This document shows positions 25,823-32,000 of a stretch of DNA of 32,000 nucleotides, one piece after another (within the stretch, counting starts at the first letter, position 1; the number at the start of each line of letters is the position of its first letter). The position numbers and the translations under genes were made by a program. This DNA is from Nostoc punctiforme PCC 73102 (GTDB taxonomy: Bacteria > Cyanobacteriota > Cyanobacteriia > Cyanobacteriales > Nostocaceae). A model generated the notes under the pieces. It made no database searches. It worked only from the letters and a program-made list of their open reading frames with translations, and was not told the DNA's origin. The stretch lies in contig NC_010628.1 in the NCBI RefSeq assembly GCF_000020025.1, forward strand, positions 1,320,001 to 1,352,000, written 5' to 3'.

Positions 25823-26350
25823 AACCCTTGATGATTAAAGATTGCAACATTCAACTTCAGTTTTGTCTTCAGACCAAAATATTCTCAACAAGAATGTTAA
25901 TAGGCAAGTTTGATGAAATGACAAGGGTGAAGGGGCCATTTCACGTCAAAAAATAGATTATATAAATATCATTACTGGACAAGTTAATAAATCAACAGTA
26001 ATCAGATTGTTTTTGGCAAACAAAGAAAAATATAAGATTTAAATAGTATGCAAATAAATCTTTGAACAACCTTTGTTTTAGTAAATTCTCTTAAAAGCTA
26101 AGAGATTATTCATATATCTAAAGGAGGGAAATTGATAAATTATTAATACTTCTTATGGCAAGTTAATTATGACTGAGGACATAATTTATGTCCTAATATC
26201 GTAGGTCAAGCCTCAGCTACTAGTATCAGGAAGTTAAAAGATTCGGCCGCTTTTTTAAAATAATCAAATGATGACCTGAGCCGCCAGAGAGTCAAGTGAG
26301 TTTCGGCAATGAACGTTATGTGGGCTTGGCTAATTTATTATTGGTGTCTC

Positions 26351-26496
26351 TGCCGTGACTGTCCGCGATGCCGTAACCATGCCGTAGGCTGCAACCTATA
26401 CAGGGTAGGGATTGCCGTGATTACTGCCTCTTTCTGTAGACACTCACTAAAGCCAGTTTTATATACCTCTTGCTCACCACGGCATTACGGCAATCC
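26351..26496. repeat. Cluster of six TGCCGT(G/A) motifs (four direct, two inverted), including a 10-bp inverted repeat GGATTGCCGT/ACGGCAATCC
   Basis: Motifs at 26351, 26369, 26380 and 26413 (direct) and at 26478-26484 and 26485-26493 (inverted). The inverted repeat is 26409-26418 with 26487-26496. Confidence 0.6.
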
Positions 26497-26498
26497 TT

Positions 26499-26813
26499 TC
26501 ACCAACCAGGTAGGGAGTAGCTATTATTGCCATCAGAATTTATCTTCTGAGCCTTAACTAATTCAGCTAACCCATCAATTAATTCTGATTCTGAATAACC
26601 AGATAACCTGTCAGCTTTCTTCAAATCGCGTAATGTTTTTGGCGTTTTATTCTTAACATTCTGGAAGTATTCATAAATCTTTTTAGCCACCTCAGATAAT
26701 GGTTTGGGATCTAGATTGTGACCAGCAGTTAAATTAAATTCCAGGTTAAATACTCTATCTAGATATTCCTGCTCCGAAGCAATCGGCTTGACTTGATCGG
26801 ATAATTTGGGCAT
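26499..26813 (-). CDS. Hypothetical protein (104 aa)
   Basis: It is the only sizeable ORF in a long AT-rich spacer. The composition looks coding, but no family is recognised. Confidence 0.5.
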   Translation of the reverse strand: MPKLSDQVKPIASEQEYLDRVFNLEFNLTAGHNLDPKPLSEVAKKIYEYFQNVKNKTPKTLRDLKKADRLSGYSESELIDGLAELVKAQKINSDGNNSYSLPGW

Positions 26814-27315
26814 TAGACTCTTTTTATCTCTGACTTGGTATTCTTTTAGTCCTAACCCTGTTTTGTCACTCTCGGAAAAAAATAATCTCAGCCTGATTCT
26901 AAGACTTTGATTTCATCAAGGTTTGAAGCTTTATTTTCTAACAGAAACTAAAATTTATAGACAAAACGTGGAAATCAAAGCCCTGTAACCGTTTGGGCGA
27001 TTGGATTCTCCCACTTCTGACAAAAGAGGGCTAACCATCCTTTGGCTTCTCGGTAAAAAACTTCTACCCAATTTCTTTGAGAATATGTACTTGGATTAAC
27101 GATAAATCAGAATGTGAACACACCAGTAGGGTCTGGAATGATGGGAAGTGCTGGGATGCTGAACACAGTCCTAATTTTTAAAGCTACCCTCTCGTAGCTA
27201 CGCAACATTGCCCAGCCTAAATTCGTCACTAGCTGAGTTACAGGTTATTAAGAACACCAAATTTTGGGTTAACCTCAGTAACGTAGTTTTTTTAAATTCA
27301 CGTTAGTAGCTAAAA

Positions 27316-28002
27316 GTGGTTATGGTGATGCGTCAACTTTCAATTACTCTATCTTTAGTAGCACTACTACAAAATTTACCAGCAATTGCTCAAGTGCCAG
27401 AAACGACTTCTGGAATCTCATCTGATTCTATTCAACAGGTAATTGCTGCTAAATGGATGACAAACTTTTCTGATGGCAAGTTTTATCCAGAAAGGTTAGT
27501 GAGCAGGGCAGAATTAGCGTCGATTATGGTCAAAGCATTTGGGCTAAATAAAAGAGAAGCTGTTAACAAAGCAAATTTAACGATTCCAGATGTCCCTCGT
27601 TCTTATTGGGCATTTAATGATATACAGACAGTCTTAAAAACTGACATCATGAAAGGCTATCGGGGTAATGAGTTTTTCCCTAATCAAAAGGTGACAAAGG
27701 CGGAGGCTCTTGCTATTTTCGCTCAAGCTTATGGTGTATTTCAGTTTCCTGATGAGGCTGTTAATGAGATTCTGGCTTCACATCCAGATGAAAAGTCTAT
27801 CCCAACTTGGGCTAGAAAAGCGATCGCTACAGTAGCTACAGAAGGATTTCTCAATACAGATGCTCAAGGAAATATTTCTCCATTAAAACCCGTTACCCGT
27901 GGAGATATGGCTTATGTATTGAGTAAGTATTTACAACGACAACAGCGACAACCCGAAACACCAGAAGTTCCGATTATTCAAAATAGCCCACAATCACCTT
28001 AG
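27316..28002 (+). CDS. S-layer homology (SLH) domain protein with signal peptide
   Basis: Signal-like LSITLSLVALLQNLPAIAQV. Three SLH-like units (F.DGKFYPERLVSRAELASIMVKAF; Y.GNEFFPNQKVTKAEALAIFAQAY; G.ISPLKPVTRGDMAYVLSKYL). The start could be ATG 27322 or 27328. Confidence 0.85.
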   Translation: MVMVMRQLSITLSLVALLQNLPAIAQVPETTSGISSDSIQQVIAAKWMTNFSDGKFYPERLVSRAELASIMVKAFGLNKREAVNKANLTIPDVPRSYWAFNDIQTVLKTDIMKGYRGNEFFPNQKVTKAEALAIFAQAYGVFQFPDEAVNEILASHPDEKSIPTWARKAIATVATEGFLNTDAQGNISPLKPVTRGDMAYVLSKYLQRQQRQPETPEVPIIQNSPQSP

Positions 28003-28035
28003 TTAGACTTATCTAGTTAAGCGACCTGCTGACAA

Positions 28036-29370
28036 TCAGTTTTGACCTGGACTTCTATACTTGTCTCGAAGCTGGCGAAGATATAAGGAATTGGATTGTG
28101 TTGGTTGTTGCTGCACATAATTCCCATAATTCTGTGGTGATTGCGTCGGCTGCTGCAAGCCATAATTTCCATAATTAGATTGTGGTAGTTGCGCCGGCTG
28201 CTGCAAGCCATAATTCGCATATCCCATAGAGTTTGTGGGAGTGACAACACCTTGACTCGGAATCTGGTTAGAGTAAGGTGCAATATTACTTGGTATGCCA
28301 GAGCTGGCTGGGGGCATTCCTGGTGCTACATTAGGTACTACCTGACCGTTATTTAAATTATTGTAGGGATTTTGCTGCAAGTTCGTATAACCTGCACCAG
28401 TATTTAACCCATTATTAGGTAATACCTGACCGTTATTTAAATTATTGTAGGGATTTTGCTGCAAGTTCGTATAACCTGCACCAGTATTTAACCCATTATT
28501 AGGTAATAACTGACCGTTATTTAAGTTACTGTAGGGATTTTGCTGCAAGTTCCTACCCGTTGACGTGTAGCCTGTCCCAGTAGTTAACCCAGTACTTGGT
28601 AGAGAATTCTGACTGGATAAGCTATTCATGGGTGGCATTAACGTTGTTCCTGGCTCAGAGGCTCGGCCCAAGGCATTTGTCTGAGTTACAGTAGTACCAT
28701 TAAAGCCAGACAGCTTCTGATTTGTGGATTGATTGAGTATTGCTTGCAGAGGGCTGACGGAGGCAGAATTTTGATTCTTATTGGTTTGATTCGTGAATCC
28801 AATTCCCAGGTTAGAGGATGTCTGTTCCCCCTCTGTTGGTTCAGATGCCCCAGTTAAAGTTTTGATACCTAGAAACTGATTATTATTATCAACCGTCCCA
28901 GTCCGTAATAAATTTTCGGTTTGTACGACAAAAGGATTTTTCACGACGGGGGGGGTGTCGCCATTAACGCCTAAAGTAGGATTTAATTTGGCATCAGCAG
29001 CAGACTTTTGTTTTTTAATTACATCCTCTAATAAACTTTTGCTGTTTTTTGCCTCAGTTTTTTCCTTGGGAGTATTTGCCGTTAATGAGAGAGTTGCTTG
29101 CTCAAAGTCATTAAATAAAACTGGCAGGTTATCAATATCGGCTGCAATGGCTCTGTTTTCTGCTGACAGTGAGGAATCAGCAGGGGTTTGTGAAGTAACT
29201 TTGTTTTTTTGCTTATAAACGAAAATATCTGGATTTGACCAGTATTCCCAGGTTAATAGCCCCACTACAGATAAAAAAATTGCAGTTACCCAAAAGCCAG
29301 GTCGCCCTAGATTCCATAACCTGGCTCTGAGATAGCGTAAGTAGGCGGGAGGATAATGACGATGTGGCAT
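28036..29370 (-). CDS. Membrane-anchored Q/N/P/G-rich repeat protein, hypothetical
   Basis: N-terminal TM GFWVTAIFLSVVGLLTW. The C-terminal half has LQQNPYNNLNNGQVLPNNGLNTGAGYTN repeats and YGLQQP(A/T)Q repeats. Confidence 0.75.
   Translation of the reverse strand: MPHRHYPPAYLRYLRARLWNLGRPGFWVTAIFLSVVGLLTWEYWSNPDIFVYKQKNKVTSQTPADSSLSAENRAIAADIDNLPVLFNDFEQATLSLTANTPKEKTEAKNSKSLLEDVIKKQKSAADAKLNPTLGVNGDTPPVVKNPFVVQTENLLRTGTVDNNNQFLGIKTLTGASEPTEGEQTSSNLGIGFTNQTNKNQNSASVSPLQAILNQSTNQKLSGFNGTTVTQTNALGRASEPGTTLMPPMNSLSSQNSLPSTGLTTGTGYTSTGRNLQQNPYSNLNNGQLLPNNGLNTGAGYTNLQQNPYNNLNNGQVLPNNGLNTGAGYTNLQQNPYNNLNNGQVVPNVAPGMPPASSGIPSNIAPYSNQIPSQGVVTPTNSMGYANYGLQQPAQLPQSNYGNYGLQQPTQSPQNYGNYVQQQPTQSNSLYLRQLRDKYRSPGQN
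28342..28593. repeat. Three tandem 84-nt units inside the 28036-29370 CDS; the first two are identical except at one base
   Basis: CTGACCGTTATTTAA unit starts at 28342, 28426 and 28510 (period 84 nt = 28 aa). Confidence 0.85.
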
Positions 29371-29764
29371 GGGATTGGTAATTGAAATTTACTCGAAATC
29401 GGGAAAACTTGACGGAAGCTGAAGGCGCTGCTGTTTAATGCTTTTGCTTTCCTTAACAGGAAATATCTCAACTAAAGTTGGATCGTGATTTTATCCTAAC
29501 TTCTCCATCAGTTATTAGTCATTACCAATAGATATGTAACAGTCAAAAATTTACTTTTTAGCGGCTGGAGTCCTTTGGCAAGATTTTCTAGAAAGTTATG
29601 GCAATTTATGGTTGGTTTTTGGGCATTGGTCACATTGGATAACATCACGAGTTGACAGTTGCTCTAAGTTTATTGTTGTAGCTGGACAAAAGTTCGACTT
29701 TTTTACTTTCTAGTTAGCAAACTGTACGCTGCAATGCTTCGATATATACGCCTCTGAGGGCGCT

Positions 29765-30421
29765 GTGCCGCACCGTACTATTAACCAGGAGACTACAGCA
29801 ATGATGAAAGCTGAAGATATCATGACCAAAGATGTAGTTACCATTCGCGGTTCAGCGACTGTTGCTGAAGCAGTGGTGCTGATGAAGGAAAAAAAATTGC
29901 GGGCGCTAGTTGTAGATATTCGCCATGAGAACGATGCTTATGGCATTGTCACAGAAACAGATATTGTCTATAAGGTAACAGCCTACGGTAAAGATCCAAA
30001 GCAAGTGTGGGTTTACGAGATTATGAGCAAGCCCTGCATTGTGGTAAATCCTGATTTGGGTGTGGAATATGTAGCACGGTTATTTGCTAACACTGGTATT
30101 CATCGGGCACCTGTGATTCAAGGCAAGCTGTTGGGTATCATCTCGATTACCGACATTTTGACCAAAAGCGACTTTGTGGAAGCGCCAAAAGCGCTACTGC
30201 TGGAGGAGAGAATTCAAAAAGCAATTGAACAGTCTCGCGCTATTTGCACTGAACAAGGTGCTTATTCTAAAGCCTGTGCAGCCGCTTGGGATGAGGTAGA
30301 AGAACTCCAGGCAGAAGCTGCTCATCAGAAAGCTGAGGGGATGGTATCAGCTAAAGTCTCTTTTGAAGAATATTGCAAGGAAAACCCAAATGCACCGGAA
30401 TGCCGAAATTATCATCCGTAA
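29765..30421 (+). CDS. CBS-domain pair fused to a CP12 domain
   Basis: Two CBS units (IMTKDVVTI...; IMSKPCIVV...HRAPVI..GKLLGIISITDIL). The C-terminal CAAAWDEVEELQAEAAHQK and C...NPNAPEC are CP12 hallmarks. The likely start is ATG 29801 rather than GTG 29765. Confidence 0.85.
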   Translation: MPHRTINQETTAMMKAEDIMTKDVVTIRGSATVAEAVVLMKEKKLRALVVDIRHENDAYGIVTETDIVYKVTAYGKDPKQVWVYEIMSKPCIVVNPDLGVEYVARLFANTGIHRAPVIQGKLLGIISITDILTKSDFVEAPKALLLEERIQKAIEQSRAICTEQGAYSKACAAAWDEVEELQAEAAHQKAEGMVSAKVSFEEYCKENPNAPECRNYHP

Positions 30422-30460
30422 TTGAAGTGTGAGGATGAAGAGAATTGGGGCATTGAACAT

Positions 30461-30579
30461 GAAGAAGAGACAAGGGAGACAAGGAAGAGGGGGGAGACAA
30501 GAGAGAGACTTGTTCAATAATTCCCCCTTGTCCCCCTTGTCCCCCTGTCTTCCTTGTCTTCCTGCCTCCCCTGCTTTTT
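30461..30579. repeat. Inverted heptamer arrays (GACAAGG-type arm / CCTTGTC-type arm) ending in T5; likely terminator between convergent genes
   Basis: Left arm 30461-30509 (GAGACAAGGGAGACAAGGAAGAGGGGGGAGACAAG...); right arm 30523-30574 (CCCCCTTGTCCCCCTTGTCCCCCTGTCTTCCTTGTCTTCC...); then TTTTT at 30575-30579. Confidence 0.7.
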
Positions 30580-30583
30580 GAAT

Positions 30584-31759
30584 TTAGCGTTTGGCAACTC
30601 GTATCAAGAGGAATAGACCTATTCCCAAGAAAAGAAAGTTGGGCAACCAAGCCCCCATAAAGGGAGAGAGGGCACCTGCTTGCGCGATCGCACCACTAAT
30701 AAAGAAAATTAAGTAGTACGAAAAAATAACTACAACGCTAATCCCAAAGCTGGTACCTCTTCCAGTTCTCTGGGGTATGCTTCCCATCGCTGCACCTACC
30801 AAGCCAAAAACCACGCATACAAAAGGTAAGGAGATTTTTTGTTGAATCCGCACTTCGAGTTTACGAATTTTTTGGCGATCGCCACCAAGATATTCCACTT
30901 GTAGTTGATCTAGTGCTTCAGAAATATTCATCTCACCATAGTCTCGGCTTTTTTCTGCCAAACTTAATGGCGTGCGCGGTAGTTGCAATTGTTGGTGTTC
31001 AAATCTGACGATGTTGCGGTATGAGCGATCGGCTGCAACAAAATAGATCGTACCGTTGTAAAAATCCCAAATATTTTGAGAAGGATTCCACTGGGCAGAT
31101 TCTGATACTACAATTTGATTCAGATTTTTGGTGGAACGGTCTATAATCGTCAAACCTGTCATCCGCTTACCATCAAACTGATCGGCGTAAAACAAGCGTG
31201 TCAATATCCTATTCTTAGAGCCATCCGGTTGTATAACATCCTGGTATTCAGGATAGAAAATATTTTGCTGTTTAAAAGCTGGCTTATCTGATTTCAGGGC
31301 TTTATCCAGAGTTACTCCCGCTTGGTAATTTGCTGCTGGTGCAATTTGTTCGTTGAATACAAATGTCATTCCTGTGACTACAAGACTCAACATCACAGCA
31401 GTTAGCACTATGCGATAGACGCTCACTCCACAACCACGCAGGGCAATTAGTTCGCTCTCGCTAGAAAGACGACTGTAGGTCATCAAAGTAGCTAGTAGCG
31501 TAGACATGGGAAAGGCTAAAACTATAAAGTTGGGAAACTTTAGCAAAAAAACCTGAATGGCAATGTCTATCGGTAGCCCAGATTCTACGATTTTTCTAAC
31601 TAGATCGAATACAGCATCAATGGTGACACCAAGTGATGAAAAAGCTCCGACACCAAAGAAAAACGGCGCGATCAATTCGCTGGTAAGGTAACGATCCATG
31701 ATCGTAAAAGGTAGCAGCGAACCGAGATTGTAGGAAGGCGTAAACTTCTTTGATATCAT
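30584..31759 (-). CDS. LptF/LptG family permease (YjgP/YjgQ)
   Basis: 391 aa. The N-terminus DRYL..EL..PFFFGV..F......, a large periplasmic loop and C-terminal TM helices match LptF/G topology. Confidence 0.8.
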   Translation of the reverse strand: MISKKFTPSYNLGSLLPFTIMDRYLTSELIAPFFFGVGAFSSLGVTIDAVFDLVRKIVESGLPIDIAIQVFLLKFPNFIVLAFPMSTLLATLMTYSRLSSESELIALRGCGVSVYRIVLTAVMLSLVVTGMTFVFNEQIAPAANYQAGVTLDKALKSDKPAFKQQNIFYPEYQDVIQPDGSKNRILTRLFYADQFDGKRMTGLTIIDRSTKNLNQIVVSESAQWNPSQNIWDFYNGTIYFVAADRSYRNIVRFEHQQLQLPRTPLSLAEKSRDYGEMNISEALDQLQVEYLGGDRQKIRKLEVRIQQKISLPFVCVVFGLVGAAMGSIPQRTGRGTSFGISVVVIFSYYLIFFISGAIAQAGALSPFMGAWLPNFLFLGIGLFLLIRVAKR

Positions 31760-31797
31760 AAAAAATTTGAACAGTTAAATATTGACAACCCTGGTGA

Positions 31798-31846
31798 AGG
31801 CAGAAGGCAGGGGGCAGGAGGCAGGAGGCAGGAGGCAGGGGGTAGA
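31798..31846. repeat. STRR-type heptamer tandem repeat (GRAGGCA x7)
   Basis: GAAGGCA GAAGGCA GGGGGCA GGAGGCA GGAGGCA GGAGGCA GGGGGTA, read directly. Confidence 0.85.
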
Positions 31847-32000
31847 AGTAAAATAGTCTTCATAATTTGGTTTTGAAGTCTAAGTTCTTTACCTCTGTTA
31901 ATTGCAAACTGCTTTATCTACTGAATTTAGTATCAAAATTTAATTCTCAATGACTGATAAAGCAGAATCAAATAAATTAATAAATTTATAATTAAAATTA

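Noticed and set aside
25774-26557. ORFs 25774-25956 (+) and 26309-26557 (+)
   Set aside because: The first overlaps the start of the pentapeptide gene. The second is Cys/Arg-rich, covers the TGCCGTR motif array and overlaps the 3' end of the 26499-26813 ORF. It is more likely non-coding.
28017-29218. ORFs 28017-28283 (-, alternate frame) and 28955-29218 (+)
   Set aside because: They are embedded in the 444-aa Q/N-rich gene. The first is a repeat-driven alternate frame (MACSSRRN twice).
30351-30650. 99-aa minus-strand ORF between CBS-CP12 and the LptF/G gene
   Set aside because: It is composed of translated heptamer repeats (GGQGGQGG, SPPSSLSPLS) and overlaps both flanking, well-supported genes.
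1-32000. tRNA, rRNA, transposase or integrase genes
   Set aside because: No T-arm/anticodon-like structures or rRNA-like stretches were noticed. No ORF showed transposase, integrase or reverse-transcriptase motifs.

Overview
This is a chromosomal segment from a filamentous, Nostocales-type cyanobacterium. The evidence is many HIP1 octamers (GCGATCGC), heptamer STRR-type tandem repeats in intergenic spacers, an xisH/xisI pair, a CBS-CP12 fusion, a fibrillin-like gene and pentapeptide-repeat and SLH proteins. The main feature is a co-directional contractile-injection-system (CIS, phage-tail-like) module at 9.27-14.2 kb. It encodes a DUF4255 cap-like protein, a tail sheath, two gp19-like tube proteins and two paralogous small chaperone-like proteins. 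A conserved-looking reading frame with no start codon follows and is reachable only by a -1 shift. No baseplate, spike or ATPase genes are present in the window. In their usual position, with start/stop overlap to the module, sits an FHA / acidic-repeat / degenerate methylglyoxal-synthase-like protein, followed by a CHASE2 Ser/Thr kinase. Upstream and divergent lie a histidine kinase, a NarL-type response regulator, a kinase-like protein with a substituted catalytic Asp fused to a periplasmic-binding domain, and a zinc-ribbon/FHA protein. At the left edge are a DUF4157 protein (a marker of eCIS cargo) and a truncated AT-rich ORF. These two share a 3' flank and are separated by xisH/xisI. The right half (19-32 kb) holds mostly housekeeping or accessory genes: two small paralogous secreted peptides, a MOSC/alkyltransferase-like fusion, fibrillin, rpiA, a membrane pentapeptide-repeat protein, an SLH protein, a Q/N-rich repeat protein, CBS-CP12 and an LptF/G permease. 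All family assignments come from reading motifs by eye; no searches were run.
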